Positions 8,803-16,865 of a DNA stretch of 27,180 nucleotides are shown piece by piece. The stretch is from a virus (Duplodnaviria > Heunggongvirae > Uroviricota > Caudoviricetes), in IMG/VR virus record IMGVR_UViG_2740892115_000003. One strand, written 5' to 3'. Each line of letters opens with the position of its first letter. Within the stretch, counting starts at the first letter, position 1. A program made the translations under genes and the position numbers. The notes under the pieces are model-generated. The model had not been told where the DNA came from and did not search any database. It saw nothing but the letters and a program-made list of their open reading frames with translations.

Positions 8803-8826
8803 TTAATCAACATAAGGAAAAGCGAC

Positions 8827-9786
8827 ATGAAAATTTGTATCGATGACGGCTCCACCAACATCAAGCTGGCATGGACTGAGAACGGCGAACGCCGCAACGC
8901 CATCAGCCCGAACAGCTTCAAGTCGGAATGGTCTGCGCCGTTCGGTGGCACGCAGCCCGCGAACTACATGCTTGATGGCGTGCGCTATGGTTTTGATCCG
9001 GTCAGCGATCGCTTTGTCCAGACGACTGACACGCAATACCAGTACAGCGATGTGAATGTCATTGCCATTCATCACGCGTTGGTCAAATCAGGCATCACGC
9101 CACAGGAGGTGGATGTGGTTGTCACCCTGCCACTGAGCGAGTATTTCGACACAAACGCACAGCCGGACATAGCCAACATCAACCGCAAAAAAGCGAACGT
9201 TATGCGCCCGGTGGAGTACCAGAACGGCGAAGCATTCACTATCCGTAACGTACGGGTTATGCCTGAATCCATTCCGGCTGGCTTTAAGGCACTGGCTGAC
9301 ATGAGTCCGTTTGAATCCCTGCTGATTGTGGATTTAGGCGGAACCACGCTGGATGTGGCAAAGGTTCAGGGACAACTGGCAGGTATCAGCCAGGTGTTTT
9401 GCGATCCACACGTAGGCGTTTCCCTGATGGCCGATGCCGTACTGTCGGTGATGGCCACTAACGGTATGCGTACCAGTCACCACATCGCCAATACCATTAT
9501 CGAACATCGCCATGATGAAGCCTGGCTGCGCCAGCACATCCACAATGACGCGCATTACGCCAGCCTGATGGCGGTTATTCGTGAAAAGGAAGAAACACTG
9601 AAACAACGCGTGATCCGCGCGCTGGCGGGTTTTTCGGGTTACGGGCGGGTGATGGTTGTCGGTGGAGGGGCGGAGATTGTGGCACCCGCTATCCGCGAAG
9701 CCTGCGGAGTTAATGCGACTTTCATCGCGGACGGGGTGCCACAGTTTGCTCTGGTTAATGGGCTGTACGCAATGGACAAGGAGTAA
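8827..9786 (+). CDS. parM: Actin-like segregation ATPase, ParM/StbA family
   Basis: 319 aa; N-terminal MKICIDDGSTNIKL and LIVDLGGTTLDV phosphate-binding motifs, ESIPAG, MVVGGGAE, and C-terminal LVNGLYA follow plasmid R1 ParM along the whole length (from memory); AAGGAAAAG RBS. Confidence 0.85.
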   Translation: MKICIDDGSTNIKLAWTENGERRNAISPNSFKSEWSAPFGGTQPANYMLDGVRYGFDPVSDRFVQTTDTQYQYSDVNVIAIHHALVKSGITPQEVDVVVTLPLSEYFDTNAQPDIANINRKKANVMRPVEYQNGEAFTIRNVRVMPESIPAGFKALADMSPFESLLIVDLGGTTLDVAKVQGQLAGISQVFCDPHVGVSLMADAVLSVMATNGMRTSHHIANTIIEHRHDEAWLRQHIHNDAHYASLMAVIREKEETLKQRVIRALAGFSGYGRVMVVGGGAEIVAPAIREACGVNATFIADGVPQFALVNGLYAMDKE

Positions 9787-9790
9787 ACCA

Positions 9791-10102
9791 ATGACGACAC
9801 CAACCAGACGGATAAGTTTCTATCTGAAGCCTGCGGCCGTCAAGAACGAAAGCGAAGCATGCGCCTGGCTGGACAGCCTTACACCAGAAGCCCGCAAAAG
9901 CGGCCAACGCGTGGCTTTTCTGGCCGGGCTGGCACTACTGAAAATGAATCCGGCAGAGGCTTACCGACTGGCTGCATGGGCTGATGATGAGGCATTATCA
10001 GTGACACAAACCAGGACAGAACGCCCCGCGTCACAGCCAGTATCAGCCGCACAGATAACCAGTCAGATGGCCGGAAATATCCGGGCGTTATTTCCCGAAT
10101 AA
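9791..10102 (+). CDS. parR: ParR-like DNA-binding adaptor (ribbon-helix-helix N-terminus)
   Basis: ATG at 9791 with AAGGAG SD, 4 nt after the parM stop; N-terminal RRISFYLKPA...LDSLTPEARKSGQRVAFLAGLALL parallels R1 ParR. The ORF-track start at 9656 lies inside parM and is rejected. Confidence 0.65.
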   Translation: MTTPTRRISFYLKPAAVKNESEACAWLDSLTPEARKSGQRVAFLAGLALLKMNPAEAYRLAAWADDEALSVTQTRTERPASQPVSAAQITSQMAGNIRALFPE

Positions 10103-10107
10103 CACAA

Positions 10108-10131
10108 CATCAGGGCGCATCCGCCCTGATG
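10108..10131. repeat. Perfect 10-bp inverted repeat with 4-nt loop just after the parR-like stop
   Basis: CATCAGGGCG-CATC-CGCCCTGATG; no T-run follows on the + strand, so it is not a canonical intrinsic terminator. Confidence 0.6.
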
Positions 10132-10165
10132 ACTTTAACCCGGGAGCATAAACAAGGGGGACACA

Positions 10166-10501
10166 ATGCAACACATTGACAGAGAAAAAGCGCAGCGACT
10201 GATTGAGCGGATGGAAGCGCTGGCGAAAGAAGAAAATGTCAACATCCAAAAAATAGCTGAATGTGGCCAGATAGTTCTTCGTCGTGAAAAAGACCTCAAA
10301 CAACTGATGTCTGGCGAAACCAGCAAAACATGGACTTCAGGCGAGAAGACGGTTTATTGCAGTTTCTGCAATAAATCCCAGTACGAAGTCACAAAGGTGA
10401 TTGCCGGACCGTCTGTTTACATCTGCAATGAGTGCGTGGATTTGTGCAATGAAATTATCAGGAAAGAAGTGACAGACCATGAAGAAAAAACGCATGAATG
10501 A
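10166..10501 (+). CDS. Small protein with C-terminal ClpX-type C4 zinc-binding domain (ClpX N-domain-like)
   Basis: 111 aa; AAGGGGG RBS; residues [39 protein letters not shown] nearly duplicate the E. coli ClpX N-terminus ([39 protein letters not shown], from memory), all four Cys retained; about 65 aa of helical N-terminus precede it. Confidence 0.8.
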   Translation: MQHIDREKAQRLIERMEALAKEENVNIQKIAECGQIVLRREKDLKQLMSGETSKTWTSGEKTVYCSFCNKSQYEVTKVIAGPSVYICNECVDLCNEIIRKEVTDHEEKTHE

Positions 10502-10667
10502 CGAATTTGACGGCTTTTAATTTTATCGGGGCGCACTGTCGCCCTGCATGGAGAAAAACAATAAAAAAGATGAATAACTGCTCATGTCAGACGCGCTGCG
10601 GGCAAGTCTGGCACCCTGCCCTGTTTCCGCAAAGGCTGTTGTCTTAACACGACAGAGTATGCCAGCA

Positions 10668-11075
10668 TTAAATATAATCTTCTTCGTAGTCGCTGATTAA
10701 TTCATTGCCATAATCAGACAGCAATTTCAAAGCAAAGGTAACTTCCTCAAGGGTAGCTATCCCCATTGCTGAAAACACCGTTAATTTAACCAGCAGCAGG
10801 GAGTTTGAAAGTTCGGAAGAGTTCATCATTAAAAATATTGATGCAGCCTGAAAAGCTGTGCGTTTATTCCCATCATGAAAGGCATGAGCCTTGGCTATAC
10901 CAATCAAATACATAGCAGCCAGAGCATGAATATCATCAACCCCTTCATAGTAGTGTAGTGTCCTGACGCGATTTAAAGCACCTTCAAGTAGCCCGTCATT
11001 GGCATTTCCGCTCTGGGGTAAAGTTTCAGCATGGATACGTTCTACTTGTTCTTTTGACAAAAACACTATGTCCAT
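10668..11075 (-). CDS. doc: Doc-family toxin (Fic fold)
   Basis: 135 aa; motif HAFHDGNKRTA fits the Fic/Doc signature Hx(F)x(D/N)(G/A)NKR; start ATG overlaps the upstream antitoxin stop (ATGA). Confidence 0.85.
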   Translation of the reverse strand: MDIVFLSKEQVERIHAETLPQSGNANDGLLEGALNRVRTLHYYEGVDDIHALAAMYLIGIAKAHAFHDGNKRTAFQAASIFLMMNSSELSNSLLLVKLTVFSAMGIATLEEVTFALKLLSDYGNELISDYEEDYI

Positions 11076-11431
11076 CAGTTATCCTCAAGCTTTTTAATGA
11101 TATCCGCATGTTTTTCTCTTGTACGCTTCATTGCATCTTCAAAAGACAATCCTTTTTTTCTCTGTGCGACAAGAGCTGGATGACGTTTTTCCAGATCTCT
11201 CACTGCATTTATTAAGAGTGGTTGCTTCATTTTGTTTATTTGATCCCGCAGTTTTTTGGTTTTGCCAAGGACAGCCCGTATTTCAGGACTAAGATCAGAA
11301 CCAGCAAGAACAACATCCTTCCCTCCCTGCGCAGTGATAACGACACTGCCACCGGAAGAAAGGTAATCCAGAATTTCACTCAGGTTCTCACGAAATTCAT
11401 CATCAGTTACAGTTTTCATATTCATTTCCAT
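11075..11431 (-). CDS. phd: Phd/YefM-type antitoxin
   Basis: Directly upstream of and overlapping doc; N-terminal KTVTDDEFRENLSEILDYLSSGGSVVIT is Phd/YefM-like. Three in-frame ATGs (11431, 11425, 11419); exact start uncertain. Confidence 0.7.
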   Translation of the reverse strand: MEMNMKTVTDDEFRENLSEILDYLSSGGSVVITAQGGKDVVLAGSDLSPEIRAVLGKTKKLRDQINKMKQPLLINAVRDLEKRHPALVAQRKKGLSFEDAMKRTREKHADIIKKLEDN

Positions 11432-11627
11432 TATGCACGCCCATAACGTAAGTATAACGGCTTGTTGGGCAGTAATAACACCGCCATATTTTCATTTTAT
11501 ACACCGCACAATAGTGCACAAATTTGCACAATTTTTTTGAACAACTTTTTACCCTTCCGGCCCGCGTGGCGACTGGATCCGTCAGGGATCCGTGCGTGCA
11601 CAAAAAAACGCGTTTTTTCTGCGCGCA

Positions 11628-11646
11628 GGTGACGGGGGAACAGCCC
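11628..11646. other. Candidate cos (cohesive end) site
   Basis: GGTGACGGGGGAACAGCCC resembles the P2 19-nt cohesive end GGCGAGGCGGGGAAAGCAC (recalled, not searched); lies in the 520-bp non-coding region downstream of portal Q, where P2-type cos is expected. Confidence 0.25.
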
Positions 11647-11955
11647 GCGTTTCAGGGGGTAAATAGCATTCCCTGAACGATGTCGCAGAGATACAACAGA
11701 ATGGCTGTATTTCTCACGCTGAGCGTGAAAAATACGTGAGGGATTCTGATTTGATGGGGTGAAAGGTAAGGCCGTCAAAATCGCACTGAGGCGGCGAGAA
11801 CATGCAGTCAACGCGGTAGGATTGCGTAAGAGTCTGACCGTCGATGATGGCAATAAGCAGGAAAGCGTCGTGAAATTATCTGATTGATACAGGAGCTGGA
11901 GAGTCGGGGCATAAATTTTTTATGCCCCGGCGAAGCAGCAGACAAGCGAAGCGCG

Positions 11956-13002
11956 TCAGGATGTGGGCTGGGTGTCTAACAGTGCGTAAGGGTTAAAGCG
12001 GATCACCTCTTCGCCGAGCCAGTCATTGATGTGCTTCATGGCCTCCATGACGGGCATCAGCTCGTTAATTGCGTAAACCCGCGCGGCCTTCTCCACATCA
12101 CCAAACGCACTTTTTTCGCCTGGCATCGCCCCCATCAGTTGCGGCGGAACGCGGTGCGCAGCCAGCACATCATCACGGGATGCCGCCTTAACATTCATGA
12201 ACTCATCCTTTGCAGTGATCTGCTGGAACGGCAAAATTTGCACACCTTCTTTGCCCCCGTTGGGCGCATGGATGAGCACGTTTTTAAACGCACCACCGCC
12301 ACGCGCGCCCTGTAACGTTTCTTTCAGGGAGTCCATGCTTTCGCGGTTTACCTGCGCTGCGCCGATGTAGATGATACACCCGGCGTGGGATCCGTTGTCG
12401 TAATACAGTTTTCTGAACATGTCCGCCGAATGAGACAGGCTGGCCGAGAGTAATGCGCCAAGATATTCCGGCATGCCGTAGATTTCCTGGTTAATATCCG
12501 GATTCATCAGGTGGCACACTTTGCCAGGGCGAAACTGGAACGCGTCCTTGCCATCCTGCACATACCACCATGATTCAAGATCGCTTCCGCGTCGCATGTA
12601 TTTCGCCAGGGCGTGCCGTAATTTAAGCGGTTCGCCGAGCATATTGCTTCGAAGCTCAAGGAATGCGTTACCGAACACAAACCAGTCCAGCGCCAGCGCC
12701 GAGAAATCCTGCCGGGAAAGCAGCGGGTGCGGAATATAGCAGCCGAGCAATACATTGCGCTTAAAGTAAAGCGCAGACTGATGCCAGGACGTTTGCCGGG
12801 CAGCTCTTGCCAGACCGTACCAGTCCACCGGGGTTTCATACCACCGCCCGTTATCAGCACAGTACATATTATCCAGCAGGTCATGCCCGGTCAGGCGATA
12901 AGGACCATCAAATGTGAATGCACTGAGCGACGATTCTTTCCTGAGCGCATCAGCGAGATCAATGCGTGAACTCATGCGCACTTTTTTATTTTTTCTGCTC
13001 AT
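11956..13002 (-). CDS. Q: Portal protein, P2 Q-like
   Basis: 348-aa minus-strand ORF directly downstream of and overlapping (ATGA) the terminase ATPase gene; position and size fit P2 Q. Confidence 0.85.
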   Translation of the reverse strand: MSRKNKKVRMSSRIDLADALRKESSLSAFTFDGPYRLTGHDLLDNMYCADNGRWYETPVDWYGLARAARQTSWHQSALYFKRNVLLGCYIPHPLLSRQDFSALALDWFVFGNAFLELRSNMLGEPLKLRHALAKYMRRGSDLESWWYVQDGKDAFQFRPGKVCHLMNPDINQEIYGMPEYLGALLSASLSHSADMFRKLYYDNGSHAGCIIYIGAAQVNRESMDSLKETLQGARGGGAFKNVLIHAPNGGKEGVQILPFQQITAKDEFMNVKAASRDDVLAAHRVPPQLMGAMPGEKSAFGDVEKAARVYAINELMPVMEAMKHINDWLGEEVIRFNPYALLDTQPTS

Positions 13003-14753
13003 CAGAACTCCATAACCGTGAAACGCTCGTTTTCTCCTTCGCCGCCAATCGGTTCGTTAATGACAGCAAGCATGGTTGCCCACGCAAGGTCGCCGTGGCT
13101 GATCCCCCTCGCGCGGTCCGTTTCGTAAGTGATAAAGCCGCCCGGTGTTTTCACCTTACGCACGGCGTTAAAGGCCGCGACCAGCTCGCGTTCGGCGCGA
13201 TCGTATTCCCACCGCCCGGCACGCATTATTTGCAGCATTTTCAGTACCAGCGACCGTTTTGATGACAGCGTGAAGGTGTACGGAATAGCAGCAGGGAAAA
13301 ACCGCTTCACTATCTGATAAACAGCCTCCCCGTTCCCGCCCGTCACATCAATGCCGATGTGTTCCACGTTGTAGCGACACGTGAACTCTTCAATGACTCT
13401 GGCCTGTTCTTCAAACTCCAGCCCCTGAACGCGTCGCGTCTCCACCGTTCGAAAACGGCCACCAGGAACAGCCGGAGGAACCACCACGGACACAGCGCCG
13501 CTGTCGCCGTTGCCACTGCTGCCGTTTGCGTCATACCCAATCCATACCGGACGATTCCCCATCGGGCGGGGAGCAAAAGGTTTCCAGTCTTTCCAGTCGT
13601 CGTATCCGTCAACACCGCAGCCAATCAGGATATTCAGGTTAAATGCCGATTCCCCTTCGCGGACAAACTCACACATATAGAGATTGAGGAACTCGTCTTC
13701 GGTGTTTTCATCACGAATTTCGTCGATATCGGTGTGTTTCCAGCCGTGATTAACCACATCTTCCAGCGTGACAATTTGCCGCCACGTCCGGTCAGGGCAG
13801 ATAAGCCCGTTATGCAGCGTTTTCCAGTCAACAGAAAAACGCTGGCGTTTATGCGTGGCCTTTTTCTCGTTCCAGCGGTCGCCGTTCCAGTAGGCGTATG
13901 CCTCGTGCGTTTCGGTGGATGGCGTGGAGAAGTAGGTGCGCCGCAGTCCGCTGAGGGTTGCCATAGCGCCAGCCACCTTGCGCAGTTCAGCAAAGCGACT
14001 GACCCAGAAAAATTCATCAAAATAAAAATTGCCCGTATAGGACTGTGCCGACGCAGCAGAAGTGCCGAGAAAATGCAGCTCTGCGCCGTTGGAGAGGATG
14101 ATTTTATCGCCCCCTTTCAGCTCCACATCAACTTCAGCCGCAGCCTTCTGAATAATGCTTTTAAACTGGAACGCCTGACGACGCGACGCAGACAAAAAAA
14201 TCTGGTTACGCTGGTAAGGTTGCGCCACATCGTCACGCAGCGCCATCAGCAGTGCTTCCTGTGCAAAATACCAGGTCGCGCCAATCTGTCGGGATTTCAG
14301 GATCATCCTGTTACGTATCCCGGCTTCCCTGCAAAGGGTCAGGGAGTCAAACCAGCCCCGCTGATGCCACTCCAGCCTGCTGATGATTTTTTCCCGCAGT
14401 GCGGCAATCTGTTCCGGCGTGAAATGATTTTTGAGTTTTTTCGCCCGGCCTTTCTTTCCTGTGGCCGTCGCATCCGGCTGGCCATCATGCATTTTTTTAA
14501 GCTGCCGGGTCAGCAGGTCTATTTCCTTAAAGTCACCGCCTGTTTTATTCTGTTTTTCAGTAAGCTGGATGAGGCGCGCATCGATGGACTGCGTGACACG
14601 CTGCACGGGTGGCGTTTCATCCCACTGGTCGCGTTTTTTCCACGCATAAATCGTGTTCGGGTTTATTCCCATCAGACGTGATATTTCTGCGGGCGGATAA
14701 CCCTGCCAGTAAAGTTGCCGCGCACGCTGGCGCACAAAAGCGTCCTGAATCAT
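13002..14753 (-). CDS. P: Terminase large (ATPase) subunit, P2 P-like
   Basis: 583-aa minus-strand ORF with GGGGGAG RBS, divergent from the capsid scaffold gene; position and size fit P2 P. Confidence 0.85.
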   Translation of the reverse strand: MIQDAFVRQRARQLYWQGYPPAEISRLMGINPNTIYAWKKRDQWDETPPVQRVTQSIDARLIQLTEKQNKTGGDFKEIDLLTRQLKKMHDGQPDATATGKKGRAKKLKNHFTPEQIAALREKIISRLEWHQRGWFDSLTLCREAGIRNRMILKSRQIGATWYFAQEALLMALRDDVAQPYQRNQIFLSASRRQAFQFKSIIQKAAAEVDVELKGGDKIILSNGAELHFLGTSAASAQSYTGNFYFDEFFWVSRFAELRKVAGAMATLSGLRRTYFSTPSTETHEAYAYWNGDRWNEKKATHKRQRFSVDWKTLHNGLICPDRTWRQIVTLEDVVNHGWKHTDIDEIRDENTEDEFLNLYMCEFVREGESAFNLNILIGCGVDGYDDWKDWKPFAPRPMGNRPVWIGYDANGSSGNGDSGAVSVVVPPAVPGGRFRTVETRRVQGLEFEEQARVIEEFTCRYNVEHIGIDVTGGNGEAVYQIVKRFFPAAIPYTFTLSSKRSLVLKMLQIMRAGRWEYDRAERELVAAFNAVRKVKTPGGFITYETDRARGISHGDLAWATMLAVINEPIGGEGENERFTVMEF

Positions 14754-14907
14754 TGCTCCCCCTGAGTAATTACAGGAAGATTACCCGCGCGCGAAACCGT
14801 TCTCCTTAACCCCCTGCTCTGACTGTTTTCTTACAACAAAAGCCCTTTGTATCTGCCTGTTACGCTTTGCCATCATGACTGAAGAACCAGTCAGAGGGGC
14901 AAAAACT
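14754..14907. promoter_or_regulatory. Divergent late promoter region (leftward P-Q operon, rightward O-N-M-L operon)
   Basis: 154-bp intergenic region between divergent late operons, as in P2; only imperfect TGT-N(11-12)-AC(A/G) activator-site candidates seen (for example 14848-14864). Confidence 0.3.
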
Positions 14908-15744
14908 ATGGCTAATGAAAAAAAGACATCCCGCAAAAAGTTTCGCGTGGCTGTCTCCGGTGTAACGGCAGACGGGCGCGAAATCAACGGCGACATGCTG
15001 AAAGCTGCCGCCACCAGTTATAACCCGTCCGTTTATGGTGCACGTGTGAATATTGAGCACATCCTGTCACCACTCCCCGGTAGCGAGTTTTCCGCTATGG
15101 GCGATGTTGTGGGGTTGAGCACCGAAGACATAACCGATGGTCCGCTGGCAGGCCGCACGGCACTGTATGCCGAAATTGAGCCGACCACTCGCATGATGTC
15201 CCTGCTTAACGATGGTAAAAAAATTTACTCCAGTATTGAGCTGGAACCACAGTCAACCATCACGGGAGGCCCTTACCTGCGCGGGCTGGCAATGACCGAC
15301 ACCCCCGCCAGCCTGGGCACGGAACGTCTGGCCTTTGCGGCACAACAACGTATGCAACTGATGACATTCAACTGTCAGCAGGGAGAGGTGGCGATGTTCA
15401 CCGCCGCTATGGAGTCGGAACTCATCGAACTCACCGAACATCGTCAGGAAGAAGGCACCCAGTGGTTTAACCGCGTTATGGGGATTATTGGCCGTGGCCG
15501 CAAAGCGGATGACGCCAGTTTCTCCCGTATTCAGGAAGCGGTGGAAGGTGTCGCAACGTCACAGGCCGACATTATCGACCGTTTTAATGCACTGGAAACC
15601 CGCCATCAGCAGGACAGCCAGAAAATCACGTCACTGACCACAGAGCTGACAACACTGAAGGAAAAGCTGTGCACGCAGGACGGCGATCCGCAGAACCGGT
15701 TCACCGCAACGGGCGCAGCCTCCGACCAGCTGGCTGACTTCTGA
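14908..15744 (+). CDS. O: Capsid scaffolding protein, P2 O-like
   Basis: Start chosen at ATG 14908 (GAGGGG RBS) rather than ORF-track 14875; N-terminus MANEKKTSRKKFRVAVSGVTADGREI parallels P2 O (MAKKVSKFFRIGVEGDTCDGRVI). Confidence 0.85.
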   Translation: MANEKKTSRKKFRVAVSGVTADGREINGDMLKAAATSYNPSVYGARVNIEHILSPLPGSEFSAMGDVVGLSTEDITDGPLAGRTALYAEIEPTTRMMSLLNDGKKIYSSIELEPQSTITGGPYLRGLAMTDTPASLGTERLAFAAQQRMQLMTFNCQQGEVAMFTAAMESELIELTEHRQEEGTQWFNRVMGIIGRGRKADDASFSRIQEAVEGVATSQADIIDRFNALETRHQQDSQKITSLTTELTTLKEKLCTQDGDPQNRFTATGAASDQLADF

Positions 15745-15767
15745 TAAGACAAAGGAGCAAATTTTTT

Positions 15768-16820
15768 ATGAATCTGGTGATGTCAGATAATGCCCGTAAC
15801 AAGCTGGGCCGCTACATGACGCGACAGGCATCGATTAACAATATCCCGGTTTCTGGACTGGTATCGCGATTTACCGTGGAACCCTCGGTGCAGCAGCGTT
15901 TTGAAAACGCCTCAAAGGAAAGTACCGAATTTACGAAAAGAATTAACGTGATCGGCGTGACCGACCAGAAAGGCGAAAAAATCCTCCTGGACACCACCGG
16001 GCCAATTGCGCGCACGAATAGCAGTTATGACGGCATCAAACGCCGTAACCCGAATAACGTGATCGATATGAAGTCTCGTCAGTACCAGTGCGAACAGGTG
16101 AACTACGATACCTTTATTTCGTACCCACAGCTTGATACCTGGGCGGCCCACAGCGATTTTCAGTCCCGTATCAGTACACAGATCACCCGGCAGGTAGCGC
16201 TTGATCGCATCATGATTGGCTTTAACGGCACATCCCACGCCTACGAGTCTGATTTTCACACCAACAAGCTGCTTCAGGACGTTAACGTGGGCTGGCTGGA
16301 GCACATCAGAACCGATGCCAGCGAGCGCGTAATGAATGACGTGACGCTGACCTCCCGCAACATGGACAACACTGTGGCGCACGCGGGTAAATACGCGAAC
16401 CCTGATGCACTGGTACAGGATGCGCGCTCATCCCTGCTGGATGAATGGCACAAGGAAGCAGACGACCTCGTGGTGATTATGGGACGCAACCTGTTTAACT
16501 CGCTGCGTCTGCCCGTACTGAACAGCATCAGCGGCCAGAATCCCAATGCGGAATTACTTGCCGGGCAGCTCATCCTGTCATCGCGCACCATTGGCGGGCT
16601 GGGCGTGTTCCTTGCGCCGTTCTTCCCGGATGCAACGATGCTGATCACCTCGTTCAACAACCTGTCGATTTACTGGCAGAAAGGTTCAATGCGTCGCCTG
16701 ATGAAAGACGAGCCGGAATACAACCGCATCGCCACCTACCAGTCCATCAATGACGCTTATGTCGTTGAAGACTATGGCAAGTGCGCGATGATCACTGGCC
16801 TGAAGTTCGCCGACAGCTAA
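15768..16820 (+). CDS. N: Major capsid protein, P2 N-like
   Basis: 350 aa; AAAGGAG RBS; FTVEPSVQQ, GEKILLDTTG, MIGFNG, VGWL, NLSIYWQ, YVVEDY parallel P2 N. Confidence 0.9.
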   Translation: MNLVMSDNARNKLGRYMTRQASINNIPVSGLVSRFTVEPSVQQRFENASKESTEFTKRINVIGVTDQKGEKILLDTTGPIARTNSSYDGIKRRNPNNVIDMKSRQYQCEQVNYDTFISYPQLDTWAAHSDFQSRISTQITRQVALDRIMIGFNGTSHAYESDFHTNKLLQDVNVGWLEHIRTDASERVMNDVTLTSRNMDNTVAHAGKYANPDALVQDARSSLLDEWHKEADDLVVIMGRNLFNSLRLPVLNSISGQNPNAELLAGQLILSSRTIGGLGVFLAPFFPDATMLITSFNNLSIYWQKGSMRRLMKDEPEYNRIATYQSINDAYVVEDYGKCAMITGLKFADS

Positions 16821-16865
16821 TCAACTCACGGCGGGCATCATGCCCGCCTGTAACGGAGAGAAAAA

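Noticed and set aside
9656-9790. ORF-track N-terminal extension of the ParR-like gene
   Set aside because: The extension overlaps the 3' end of parM in another frame; the ATG at 9791 has a strong AAGGAG SD and gives a ParR-sized protein.
10108-10131. Intrinsic terminator after the parR-like gene
   Set aside because: Perfect hairpin, but no U-run follows on either strand; recorded as an inverted repeat or possible protein-binding site instead.
11403-11853. Minus-strand ORFs of 66 and 118 aa in the cos region
   Set aside because: Low-complexity Arg/Ser-rich translations crossing palindromes in the expected non-coding packaging region; no RBS.
13359-14681. 440-aa + strand ORF
   Set aside because: Antisense within the terminase large-subunit gene; Arg/Pro/Phe-rich low-complexity translation.
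14754-14907. Canonical Ogr-type late activator sites (TGT-N12-ACA)
   Set aside because: Only imperfect matches found by eye, so specific activator sites are not annotated; the region is kept only as a generic divergent late-promoter region.
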